This document shows, piece by piece, positions 1-12,404 of a stretch of DNA of 64,000 nt. Made by a program: the position numbers and the translations under genes. The stretch is from the NCBI RefSeq assembly GCF_947568905.1, contig NC_079168.1, positions 28,396,001 to 28,460,000 on the forward strand, read 5' to 3'. The first letter of the stretch is position 1, and each line of letters opens with the position of its first letter. The stretch is from Ostrea edulis (lineage: Eukaryota). A model generated the notes under the pieces. That model ran no database searches. It worked only from the letters and a program-made list of their open reading frames with translations, and was not told the DNA's origin.

Positions 1-99
1 ATACTCCTTCACTGCTCTTCTTAGAACCGAACTCACTCTACAAGCATAAATATTCCATGTCAAATACACAAGTTAATAAATACTGCACTCTACAAGCAT

Positions 100-285
100 A
101 CCGTCAAACATTCAATGTCAGATACACAAGTTATAATCGTAAATACCGTCAAACATTCAATGTCAAATACACAAGTTATAATAGTAATTACCGTCAAACA
201 TTCAATGTCAAATACACAAGTTATAATAGTAATTACCGTCAAACATTCAATGTCAAATACACAAGTTATGATAGTAAATACTGCA
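100..285. repeat. 45-bp tandem repeat, ~4 copies
   Basis: Unit ACCGTCAAACATTCAATGTCAAATACACAAGTTATAATAGTAATT; explains ORFs 57..404, 90..338 and 115..303. Confidence 0.9.
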
Positions 286-1670
286 CTAGTAGAACTCTCA
301 TAAAAACGAGTCTGAAAAAGTGTATGTATAAGCAGCAAGGTCGCTACGGACAGTCTTTCCGAGAGAATGTATGTGTGGTATTAAGTACCATACAAATAAA
401 TTAAATAGTTGCAAAACACACGGAAATTCTGAATTCTTCCAAAATAGTTAGCCTTTTATATACTGACTCTTCTGAATGTGACTTAATAATTAAATCTTAT
501 GGAAGAGAAGATTGTAAATTGTTTCCAGATGAGTCTGGTTGGAAGAAACTACTAACACTTTATGTGGACCAACATTAAAATGAGCACATTTCATTCGATA
601 ACTCGCACTCTTGCTTGTGTTTAATTAAGCGCTTCCTTCAGAGTCTATAACAGCAAAATTCCATCGAAATCTCTCATTTCTGGTGTGTAATTTTTCTCTA
701 TTTTGAGTCATTGTTGCGTTCAATCATGATCATTGATAATGACAATGCATTCATTGCAGAACCCACTTACACGATTTTGAAATGCATGTATTACAAAGAG
801 TTGCCCAAATTCATATATAAATATCACAAGGTTTATATTGTACAAAAATAAAACCAAGCTGGAATTGACAAACAATTGTTCAGTGGTAAGGGATATTGGT
901 CTGGTTAAAATGCCTTACTAGTCTAGTAGTAATGCACGAGTCCTGGGTTCAATCCCCGGTTAAGCCATAAATTTTAATCTTCTTTCCAGTTACACAATCT
1001 TACGTATTTCCTCTGAATAAAAGTGAACATGACAAAGTTATTTACAGTTCAAAATGTCAAAGGGTTTGAATGTCTTAATTTATACGAGAAATTGGATGAG
1101 GCAAACACTTGAGTGCGGGTATTAGATCTACTGTGTTATGACAGCATCTAGTTGTTACATACATTACAACCGGAAGTTAAAATTTCGTTATAGAAGATCC
1201 TTTTGCAAGTTCAAGTTGAAATATAAGCTGGGTTGTGTTGCGTCAGCCGGCAACGTTAATTGGTCGGGTTTATGGGAAGTCTTTACAGTTTCCCTAATAT
1301 TGGGGGTGGGACAAGGTTGATGATCACGGCCACTTATGTTATGAAAACCAGGGGGAAACGATTACCTTAAGCGAGTGTCTTTATTTAGTAAACAGCATGC
1401 CATGATAGCCTATTTTTTTTAAAAATGTAAATAAAGCGCATCAGTAACTGTGATGAATATTTTGGCCAGTTCGAGCGAAAGCTCGGTACGTCGAAATACC
1501 CAAATGGACCCAAATGGAAATCAAATGGACCCAAATGGAACTTAATTTTGCACAATTATTAATTCTAAAAAAAATTTTTAGAAATTGTTTTTAATGAAAT
1601 GGAAATCTAAATATGTATAAGTCTACAAAGATTAATAATGAGTTTACATATGGAAATAAATAATTTTGAT

Positions 1671-3922
1671 GGTGGGCGGTAAATCTAGTACTGCCGACTC
1701 CCGATGGTCCCGGATTGCGATGTTTTAAAGATAATATTAAAACCGGTCAACAGAATTACTTCATACTTCTCGGGAACAATTTTTATGTCCAAATTGATTC
1801 TCACAATTAAAAAAAACCCAATAATAATAAGTATAAATTCTTAAACTTGAAATGTCACCTACTCAAAAGCGGTAAATCTAGTACTGTGTTATAAATACAA
1901 AAACCGAAAACGGACACCGATACAGGTACGGTTAACAAACATAGCTCATAACACAATTAATATGATCCAAAGAAAATTACCATTATAACGGAAACAAATT
2001 ACTTTTAAAAATTAATCAAATTTACTATTATTAGGCATTCTTTGTGTTTCTAAATTATGGCAGAACTCTAAGCCACATAAATTATGTGTTTTCCCCGATT
2101 CTACGACGTGGACGTAGTTCTACCGCAGAGCCCTCATTACAAATTAAATTTAATTTGATGAATTCTAATTACACATTTATTACTAATTGTCTTGAAGAAA
2201 TATTCTATTTTACATATTGTTCTATTTGTTAAGGGTTTTTTTAAAGTCAAAAGTACTAAATCATGTGTTCTATTTTGGTTCAATGTACGTTTATTTATCG
2301 CAAAAAATAATTCTATTTAAGAATAAAAATAAAAGATACGGTATCTAATTCTTTTTTATAATAACAGAAAATATTCAAAATGTATATGATTTTGTTGATA
2401 TATGATTTTTAACAATGTTTTGATTATTTAATTAACAGTTATATAACAAATTCTGAGCCTTAATATGTGTAAATTTTAATCATTAGAAAATCAAGATAAT
2501 AATAATAATAAATTCTTTTATTTAGACAGGATAGCACAATTAGTACAAATGACTAGTTTACATTGTGGTCCTGAATAAAAAATATTCAGACAGACAAATA
2601 AATGAGAGAATAGAAAAATAGATAACATAATATAAAATATATACATAAAATATACACACGATATCACTGGGGAACCCCCCCCCCCCCCTCCAAAAAAACC
2701 CATATACATCATATCTATATATCACTTATTTGAGTAATAATGCTGCAAATATCATATGCTGATTTAATAGAGGTAATAGAACCACAACTTCTGACAGACT
2801 CGGGCAACTGATTCCATAAAATTGTGGAGGATACCTTAAAAGACTGTTTATAATATTCAGTTCGAACTTTTGGTAAATATAAAATGTCACTATCGCTACT
2901 TCTTGTTGTTCTGGAACTATTAAACTTGGCTGACAAAACTAAAAGATAAATTAATTTCTTTATGTACATGTAAAATTGGTCCTTCAAAATTCTTATTAGA
3001 TATTGTTTTGCTGGGGAAGAAAGAAAATTCAAACCCAAGTTTAGAAAATATAATAAAAACATTTGATTTTAGATACAAATATATAATATTTTTAAATAAT
3101 AGATTTTCTCTTAAATAATAGAACACCCCTTGGAATTTCGAAATGTCTTTTTTTTTTTATTGATTTGTTCCCATTAACACCCTCCCAACACCCCCCGAAA
3201 AATTTATTACACCTAGGATTTGTTGTTCAAAATTTATAGGCAATGCGGTTTGCCTCGCATCAGATGGTAATTAAACTAATTTGCTATGTAAAGGTTTTCA
3301 CTTTCATCCGAAGTGGAAAATTTGTTATAAATGACCACTTTTGAGGAGGCAACATTTCAAGTTTAAGAATTTATCTATATATCATTGGGGTTTTTTATTG
3401 TGTGGATCAATTTGGACATAAATATTGTTCCCGAGAAGAATGAAGTTATTCTGTTGGTCGGTTTTGATAAATATCTATAAACAATCCAGGACCATCGGGA
3501 GTCGGGAGTCGGCAGTACACTATATAGGCCTACATGTATATTTTGGAATCATTAAAACTGTGAAAAAGAAGAAATACTTCTAGTGAAACATAAATATTTA
3601 TTCAACATCGTTTTTTCTTTTTAAATTATGTTTTTAAGTATCTTTTTAAATCATGCATTGAATGAAAAGTGACCGTTTTCGGTTTTTGTATTTATAACAC
3701 AGTACTAGATTTACCGCTTTTGAGTAGGTGACATTTCAAGTTTAAGAATTTATACTTATTGTTATTGGGATTTTTTTAATTGTGTGAATCAATTTGGACA
3801 TAAAAATTGTTCCCGAGAAGTATGAAGTAATTCTGTTGGCCGGTTTTAATATTATCTTTAAAACATCGCAATCCGGGACCATCGGGAGTCGGGAGTCGGC
3901 AGTACTAGATTTACCGCCCACC
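1671..3922. mobile_element. Non-autonomous MULE-like element with ~250-bp TIRs (nested copy 1)
   Basis: TIR GGTGGGCGGTAAATCTAGTACTGCCGACTCCCG at 1671, reverse complement ending 3922; 9-bp TSD AATTTTGAT (1662-1670, 3923-3931). Confidence 0.9.
2760..2960 (-). mobile_element. 3'-end fragment of a CR1/L2-group LINE ORF2
   Basis: Translation TRSSDSDILYLPKVRTEYYKQSFKVSSTILWNQLPESVRSCGSITSIK resembles the recalled C-terminal 'P..RT..YK.SF......WN.LP..IR...SL..FK' motif of CR1/L2-like RT ORFs. Confidence 0.6.
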
Positions 3923-4704
3923 AATTTTGATTTGATGCATGAATTAATTATTTGTATTTGAACATTTCATAATATTAGATAAAAAGATATTGTATTTCAA
4001 ATCAAAGTGTATATAGATATCATACATGTATATAAAGATGAAGTTGTGAGCAATATATGTAAAATTTATTGTATTTCATATCAAAGTATATATATATATA
4101 TATATGTGATATATAAAAATAAATTGTTTACACTAAATGTGAAATATGTCGTTTTTATAATTACTCCTCTAATTTTTACATCAAATAGAATCGCCGCGTA
4201 TTTGGAGTAAATTGCATTGACCAATAAGAAATCAAACTATTGTGTTTGAGAACATAATTATGAGACCTTTACATTTTAAAAACACTAGTTTTGAGGAAGA
4301 TTCTTTTCTTGCTGATTATTCTTTCAAAAGGTAAGTCTGTTTTATACTACTTTTATGGATATAAAGAACATAGATTATGCATAATTCTTAAGAAATAAGA
4401 AATTGTCAACGTTTCTTTTTTGTATTTTAAATATTCTTTAGAATTGTGTTTAGATTACACAGATTTAAGAGTACGATTTAGACAATGTACGTGCAAAACT
4501 TGCAACCTTTTGAAATATATTTAAGTATAGATTCTAATCTCAGTTGACATGATTTTGAAACAGATTCCATGTATATGAAGCATTTCAGTTGATAAGAGAC
4601 AATAAATGCGTTGATAGAGTCACATATGATAGGGGTACTGTATTTAACAATACAATCTATTTTAATCCAATTTCTATTACTTTTGCAGTTTCAACTATTT
4701 CAGC

Positions 4705-4941
4705 ATGGCTCGAAAACAAAAAGCCAAGAGGGAATGGCCCTGCGGTCATTGTGAGAAAAATTGTGTTACGTCGTGTTTATTTTGTGCCGTTTGTCAAAAG
4801 TGGTATCATAGTGATTGTGAAAGTGTGTCTTTGGACCAACTTAAACGTATATCAGACAATCCAGAGGATTATATCTGTGTACCATGCCGAAGTGAAGATG
4901 GGAGGTTCGACTTTCTGATGGGACTCGAGCGACTGAAACAG
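4705..4941 (+). pseudogene. Orphan first coding exon encoding a PHD finger (79 codons) inside a TIR element
   Basis: MARKQKAKREWPCGHCEKNCVTSCLFCAVCQKWYHSDCESVS...YICVPCRS has C4-H-C3 spacing. Donor CAG|GTAGGG at 4941/4942, upstream acceptors at 4688 and 4703, upstream donor AAAG|GTAAGT at 4331. No following exon found. Confidence 0.7.
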
Positions 4942-5375
4942 GTAGGGGTGTTCATTTATTTTCTCATGTATCAAAGTACCACACTCCGTACATGCAGTTT
5001 AAAGTGCTACAAATATGTATGAAATATTTCAAGATTGGTTAGAAAAATCAAAATGAATAGTCTCGTACTCATTTTTCCTTACTTGGCAAACATAATAAAG
5101 TAAACTAAATATCAATTCTAACTAGCATTTATTATATCGTGCTGCAGATCAAGTGGTATTGTACATGCATGACATATAGATGTGTATAATATAATTACAT
5201 AACGTAATTCGAATGATAAGGAAATTATGTAATCTTAATTATTATTTTATTTCGTATTTTTTTTTATTATAAGTTATTATTAAGTATTAGTTTTAAAAAA
5301 ATTGTTAGAATTAATAATTGTGCAAAATTAAGTTCCATTTGGGTCAATTTGATTTCCATTTGGGTATTTCGACGC

Positions 5376-7546
5376 GGTGGGCGGTAAATCTAGTACTGCC
5401 GACTCCCGACTGTCCCGGATTGCGATGTTTTATATAGATTATATTAAAACCGGCTAACAGAATAACTTCATATTTCTTGGGAACAATCTTTATGTCCAAA
5501 TTGATTCATACAATTTAAAAAAAAAACCAATATTAATAGGTATAAATACTTAAACTGGAGATGCAGCATACTCAAAAGCGTAGTACTGTGTTTTAAATGC
5601 CAAAACCGAAAACGGACATTCTTCATTCTATGCATGATTTTACGAAGAGAATGGTGTTTTTTAAACGATATTAAACAAATCTTTGTATCTAACAAGAAGT
5701 ATTGTTTTCTTTTTCACAGTTATTATACTTATATATACAGGTATTTATGATCAAAGCATGGTACAATCTAAAATAGCGATCACATGTTCAATTAATACTT
5801 TTGATATGTGCAATTATCACCTCATCTGCGTCAGTGATATCGACAAGAAAGATAAAATTTAATCAGGATTATTCCAGTGACTGTACATCTTAATAAAAGT
5901 GGACACAAAAAAAAACTTCTTCTGTGTAAGAACTGCTGTATTGTCAACAAAGTTCCATTAATTCGAGATGCCATTAAAATGCAAAGTTTTTTTAATTGAT
6001 AAAATTTTTCATTATTAGGCATTGTTTTGTCTCTCTAAATTATGGTAGAACTCTTAGCCAAATAAATTATGTGTTTCCAGGCTCTACGACGTGGACGTAG
6101 TTCTACCTCAGAGCCCCCCCCCCCTTTTTTTAAATTTATTATTTTTTTTAATTTCTGAATTTAATTACACGTGTTACAGAATGTCTATGAAGAAATCCAT
6201 TTAACATATTACCCGATTTGTTATATTTTTAAAGTCAAAATAAAATTCTGTTTTTAATTTTCGCAAAAAATAATTACAAAATAATAATGCCGTATCGGCA
6301 ATCAATTTTTGACAATAACAGAAAATATTATGGTTTTGTTGGAAAAGCAAGAAACTTTGAACCTGAATTTAAAAAATGATAAAATATTTGATTTTTATTA
6401 CATCATATGATATTTTGAAAATTACCTTTTCTAGTGACTGAAATTCATCTATATTAAAGCTCTGAAATTGTTAAAAATCACAGATTTTTTAATTTTCAAA
6501 ATATCATATGATGTAATAAAAATCAAATATTTTATCATTTTTTAAATTCAAGTTCAAAGTTTCTTGCTTTCCCAACAAAACCATAATATTTTCTGTTATT
6601 GTCAAAAATTGATTGCCGTATCTTTTATCTTAATCTAATTATTTTGTAATTATTTTTTGCGAAAATTAAAAACAGACTTTTATTTTGACTTTAAAAATAT
6701 AACAAATCGGGTAATATGTTAAATGGATTTCTTCATAGACATTCTGTAACACGTGTAATTAAATTCAGAAATTAAAAAAAAAAAAAAAAAAAAAAAAAGG
6801 GCTCTGAGGTAGAACTACGTCCACGTCGTAGAGCCTGGAAACACATAATTTATTTGGCTAAGAGTTCTGCCATAATTTAGAGAGACAAAACAATGCCTAA
6901 TAATGAAAAATTTCATTAATTAAAAAAACTTTGCATTTTAATGGTATCTCGAATTAAGTTGACAATACAGCAGTTCTTACACAGAAGAAGAGGTGTTTTT
7001 TTTTTTTTTTTTGGTCCACTTTTATTAAGATGTACAGTCACTGGAATAATCCTGATTAAATTTTATCTTTCTTGTCGATATCACTGACGCAGATGAGGTG
7101 ATAATTGCACATATCAAAAGTATTAATTGAACATGTGATCGCTATTTTAGATTGTACCATGCTTTGATCATAAATACCTGTATATATAAGTATAATAACT
7201 GTGAAAAAGAAAACAATACTTCTTGTTAGATACAAAGATTTGTTTAATATCGTTTAAAAAACACCATTCTCTTCGTAAAATCATGCATAGAATGAAGAAT
7301 GTCCGTTTTCGGTTTTGGCATTTAAAACACAGTACTAGATTTACCGCTTTTGAGTATGCTGCATCTCCAGTTTAAGTATTTATACCTATTAATATTGGGT
7401 TTTTTAAAAATTGTATGAATCAATTTGGACATAAAGATTGTTCCCAAGAAATATGAAGTTATTCTGTTAGCCGGTTTTAATACAATTTATAAAACATCGC
7501 AATCCGGGACAGTCGGGAGTCGGCAGTACTAGATTTACCGCCCACC
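5376..7546. mobile_element. Foldback (almost fully palindromic) MULE-like element (nested copy 2)
   Basis: Same TIR family as 1671..3922; 9-bp TSD TTTCGACGC (5367-5375, 7547-7555). Arms mirror each other to about 6423/6491, leaving a ~67-nt spacer. Confidence 0.92.
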
Positions 7547-7828
7547 TTTCGACGCACCCCGAAAGCTCATCCACTTAAAAGCGACAGCTTTAGCGTCATT
7601 TGGAATTTGAATTAATCTTGTCCCAAATATAACTATATTGTGTTTTATTAGCCATCAAACACAAATATGTAAATATATTTTACAGGTACCATTTGTATCC
7701 AACATAAGGTACAAGTTATTTAATTTTGATCTGTGTCACAACATGTTGTAACTCGAGTTTGTTCAGTTATACTGACAGATGACACGTCAATGTGAACGTG
7801 TGCGTTTGATTGATGAATATTCAGAACC

Positions 7829-9406
7829 ATGGAGTCCTTTGCAGATTTCGTGAATGAAAAAAGCTACATTTCGCCTTCTCCGATAAATCATTATAAATCA
7901 GTCAAATATTCAAAATTACAGCATCACCAGGACGGTGGCAATGATGGCAGTGATGATGACGAGGATGATTTACGCGAAGAGAGATTCGAAAAAGTAGCCT
8001 TGATAGATGATGATTCTGGTGACAATTTGCGTGATTCAGCAGGAAGTGGCGATGTGTTTACTGTGGAGAGCGCGGTGGAGGCCATCGGCTTCGGTTATTT
8101 CCAGATCCGTCTGTACATCGTGTGTGGCCTATTTACGGCAGCGGATGCTTTAGAAATGATGTTACTGGCAGTGCTGTCTCCCGCTCTACGTTGTGAGTGG
8201 CAGCTTGACCATTTTCATGTGGCCTTTTTAACCACAGTTGTTTTCTGCGGAATGTGCATAATGGCACCAGTCTGGGGATTTTTAGGAGATAAATATGGAA
8301 GGCAGACGACACTGTATATCGTGACTGTGTGGATTGGTTACTTCGGCCTATTAACGACATTTAGCCCGTCCTTTATCTGGATACTTATTTTGCGTGGAAT
8401 GGTTGGTGCGGGCCTTGCAGGATCGCCACAAAGCTTTGCACTGATGACAGAATTTTTACCTTCAAATTCAAGAGCGAAGATGTTACAGATTGGTGGAGTT
8501 GCTTGGGCATTGGGGACTGCTTTTGAGATTTCCATGGCATCTTTAGTGATTCCATCCCTTGGATGGAGGTGGCTTGTAGCCTTTTCAGCAATACCATCTT
8601 TTCTCATTTGCGTTTTACTCAAGTTACTTCCAGAATCTGCCCGGTATCTTGTTGCTGCGGGTGAGAAGGACAAAGCACTTTCTGTCCTCCAGAAAGCAGC
8701 AAAGTTAAACAAGTCCAATCTTCCATCTGGAAGGCTTGTATCATCACATATTGGAAGACGAGGAAACTTCTCTGATTTGTTGTCATTGGAGTATCGTCGA
8801 ACTTCATTGCAAATGTGGTTTATGTGGTTTGTCACTGCGTTTTCTTACTATGGAATGGTGCTTGCTAGTGCAGAAATTCTACAGGTCAATAACAGTGATG
8901 GAGAAGTGAAAGGCGCAGACAACTGTAAGTGCAATCTTCTCAAAGCAGACGACTATGTCACCATACTGTTGTCTACATTTGGAGAATTTATAGCTCTACC
9001 TTTGAATCTGATGCTGATTGATAGAATTGGCAGGAGATACACCGGCGCAGTTAACAGTTTTGGAATGGCCATTTTTTTCATCATTCTACAGATAAAGATG
9101 CCTAAATCTATGCTGACAGTCATAATGTTTATGGTTCGAGGGTTTTCCCAAGGATTATTCAATTTTGTTTACATTTACACTGCAGAAGTATACCCAACAA
9201 CCATCAGAACATTGGGAATAGGAACAGCCTCTGCTTGGGCTCGCGTTGGTGCTATGTTGACCCCATTTGTTGCACAAGTATTACTGGACAAGTCTTTAAC
9301 ATCGGCGGTGTGGGTTTATGGATCTTTAGGGATCCTGGCAGCTCTCTGTGCAGTTTTTCTACCAATTGAAACAAAAGGAAGAATTTTACCACAATCCTTG
9401 CAATGA
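7829..9406 (+). CDS. SVOP: Synaptic vesicle 2-related protein (MFS transporter), 525 aa, single coding exon
   Basis: Acidic N-terminus, FTVESAVEAIGFGYFQIRL, ADALEMMLLAVLSPALRCEW, DKYGR and DRIGRR MFS loops, PESARYL, YTAEVYPTTIRTLG, LPIETKGR; AATAAA at 9578. Confidence 0.92.
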   Translation: MESFADFVNEKSYISPSPINHYKSVKYSKLQHHQDGGNDGSDDDEDDLREERFEKVALIDDDSGDNLRDSAGSGDVFTVESAVEAIGFGYFQIRLYIVCGLFTAADALEMMLLAVLSPALRCEWQLDHFHVAFLTTVVFCGMCIMAPVWGFLGDKYGRQTTLYIVTVWIGYFGLLTTFSPSFIWILILRGMVGAGLAGSPQSFALMTEFLPSNSRAKMLQIGGVAWALGTAFEISMASLVIPSLGWRWLVAFSAIPSFLICVLLKLLPESARYLVAAGEKDKALSVLQKAAKLNKSNLPSGRLVSSHIGRRGNFSDLLSLEYRRTSLQMWFMWFVTAFSYYGMVLASAEILQVNNSDGEVKGADNCKCNLLKADDYVTILLSTFGEFIALPLNLMLIDRIGRRYTGAVNSFGMAIFFIILQIKMPKSMLTVIMFMVRGFSQGLFNFVYIYTAEVYPTTIRTLGIGTASAWARVGAMLTPFVAQVLLDKSLTSAVWVYGSLGILAALCAVFLPIETKGRILPQSLQ

Positions 9407-10102
9407 AGATGATGGTGGACTGCAGGCAGTCTAAAAAATTAAAGAAAATTGTAAAGGTGCTTGGACATCAGATATTATTACATGTGTACTTAATTTGATA
9501 TGGTGGAGGTGTATCTTAATTTACATGTATTATACACAATATTAATGCTGCTTAAATTATTCAGAATATGATCTCATAATAAAACCTTAAAAAAAAGTAC
9601 CTACTTGGTATTTCTTAGAGTGACTTTGAATTTGACCAAATGGCCTTGGTTTGTCAGGGTTATTTATAATGCTGTAATTTTAAGTACATGCCTACTACAT
9701 GGCATTCCGCCTAGCTCTGGTTAGAGAGTTGACAATAACAGCAGTATCATGCTAGGTGTCTAGGGATCAAGCGTCGGAGGAAAAATACTGTCTTTGTTTC
9801 ATTTGGTGGCCAAGGTCATGCTGCAAACTGTAGCTTCTGGTAAGAGAAATTGACCCTAGAACCCATGCACCCCCCCCCCCCCAACAGCAACTAGCACTCC
9901 AGAAGAGTTTATGGCACCACTCTGTTGAATAGTACAATGTGACAAGAGTTATAGATGCATGGCCGTGCTTCAAACTTACCCTGGTTAGTAGTTATAACCT
10001 CTAATCTTTGAAATAGCTCACTATGATAGAGCACTGGACATTTATGCAAAAGTTACTGGGTTTGATCCTCAACAAAGGTTAAACACTGTCTCAATCTCAA
10101 AT

Positions 10103-11660
10103 ATTGGGACACTACCACATTGAGACACTACCACATGGGACTACCACATTGGGACACTATATATGTACCAAATTGGAACTGCCACATGGGGACTACCACA
10201 TTGGGACACTACCAAATTGGGGTACTACCACATTATGGGACTAACACAATGGGCCACTGTATACCAAATTGGGGCACTACCACGTTGGGACACTAACACA
10301 ATGGGGCACTATATATCAAATTGGGACTACTACATTGAGACACTACCACATGGGGGACAACTACATTGGGACACTACCAAATTGGCACTTTCACATTGGA
10401 GGACTACCACATTATGCGACAACCATGTTGGGGGACTACCACATTATGGGACGACGACATTTGGACACTTCCATGCTGGGACACAACCAATTGGAGGACT
10501 ACCACATTATAAGACACAAACACTTTGGGAAACTAGCACATTGGGACACTATAATATATCAAATTGGGACCACCACATTGAGACACCACCACATTGGAGG
10601 ACTACTACATTCATGAGACACCACCACATTGGAGGACTACTACATTCATGAGACACTACCACATTGGAGGACTACTACATTCATGAGACACTACCACATT
10701 GGAGGACTACTACATTCATGAGACACTACCACATTGGAGGACTACTACATTCATGAGATACAAACACATTGGGACACTATAAACTGAATTGGAACCACCA
10801 CATTGAGACACCACAACATTGTGGGATTAACCAATTTGGAGCACTTCCACATTAGGGGACTACCACATTGGGATATAACTGAATTGGGGTACTACCACAT
10901 TGCATTGGGTTGGTTGGTTGTATATTGTTTCACTCATATGGAGACATCACCATTGCTGGAGAAGGGCTGCAAAATTTTGGCCTATGCTTGGTGCTTATTG
11001 CCTTTGGGCAGGGAGGGATCTTTATCATGCCACACCTGCTGTGACATGGGGCCTTGGCTTTTGTGGTCTCATCCAAAGGACAGCCCCATTTAGTCACTTC
11101 TTCCAATAAGCAAAGGGTACTGAGGACCTATTCTAACCTGAATACCCACGGGATACCACATCGAGGGGGGGGGGGGGCTACCACATTTGGACACTACAAA
11201 ATTGGGGTACTGCCACATTAGGGCACTACAAAATTGGGGTATTACCACATTGGGACACCACAACATTGAGACTCTACCACATTGGGACTGCTACCACATT
11301 GGGAAACTATCATTTTCTGATTATGAATATAAACTAGCCAAGTATGAACTCGCAAAATTATATAGGCCAAACAATCCCATATCTACTTAAAGCTAATCAT
11401 TTTCCAGTAATCTTGATCAGATGAAGAAAAGATAGTTTCTGGTGTGACCCTTTGTATAAAATATAAATTTGACTAAAACCATAACTTGGGCAGATTAAAA
11501 TTGTTGAATTATTATACACAGTACCACATTGAGACACTACCATATTATGGGACTACCAAACTGGGGCACTACCACATCATATGACTACCACAGAGAGACA
11601 ATGACACATTATTGAGACTATCATATTGGGACACTACAAATTGGGGCACTACCACATTGA
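10103..11660. repeat. Degenerate ~16-bp minisatellite (CACTACCACATTGGGA), interrupted
   Basis: Dense array ~10103-10900, resuming ~11175-11300 and ~11520-11660; explains ORFs 10163..10651 and 10269..10616. Confidence 0.85.
10908..11153 (-). mobile_element. SINE-like retroposon, ~250-270 bp, copy 1
   Basis: Highly similar to 25040..25303 and 40331..40601; microsatellite tail at its minus-strand 3' end. Confidence 0.75.
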
Positions 11661-12404
11661 CATATATTGTCTGATTATGCATATTATCTTTGTGTCAAGT
11701 ATGAGCTTACAAAGAAATTTAGATTTTAAAATAGATTTATAGATAAATCCATTACATATCGTGGAATGATTGTAGATCTATTTTGAAAAATACCATGTTT
11801 TTGTGCCCACCTAACCAGATTTGTTGAAATGTAGTTTTTAGCTCTGGTCTCCTTTTGTCAGAGTGTCAGTCAGGCAGTGTTTGTAAGCTTTTCACATTCC
11901 AGAACCACTGAGCCAATTTCAATCAAACTTAGTACAAATCGACCATGGTTGAAGTGTTCAAATGAAGGGCCATGTCCCCTTTAAAGGGGAAATCACGAAA
12001 AGGCAAAAATAGGGGGTTATTTAAACCATTGGGCCAGAAAAGCTCAAACTTGCATGAAAGCTTCCTGACAGTGCAGATTCAAGTTTGTTAAAATCATGCC
12101 CCCCGACTGGGCATACGTTGGGGCCACAGTATTTTAAATTTGAGTATATTATAGGGAAATTATTCTCAGGAACCACTGAGACAGAACAGTTGAAATTTAC
12201 ATGAAAGCTTCCTGACAGAGAATAGATCCAAGATTGTGCAAATCATGGTGCCTGTTGGTACTTTCATTTCAATGAAGAGGGGCATATTATATTATGCTTT
12301 GCACCTGTCGGTATGTCAGTCAGTAGACCCTATGTTGTCCACTCAATATCTTGAGAACCATTCACTTGATTGCATGTAATTATATTTCATATGCAGGTTG
12401 GTTA

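Larger units (their letters stand above)
1485..7559. mobile_element. Outer non-autonomous TIR DNA transposon (Mutator/MULE-like) containing a PHD exon and two nested elements
   Basis: Left end GGTACGTCGAAATACCCAAATGG...TTGCACAATTATTAATTCT is mirrored at ~5290-5375 plus 7547-7559. CGAAAGCTC flanks both sides (1476-1484, 7560-7568); boundary uncertain by 1 nt (8-9 bp TSD). Confidence 0.8.

Noticed and set aside
890-966. tRNA genes here and at ~10035-10072, ~19793-19860 and ~44446-44505
   Set aside because: B-box-like motifs are present but no complete cloverleaf can be folded by eye; at most decayed tRNA-derived repeats. tRNAscan-SE would settle it.
10163-10651. ORFs of 162 and 115 aa in the minisatellite, and 57..404
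   Set aside because: Repeat-derived, with no protein-like composition or splice support.
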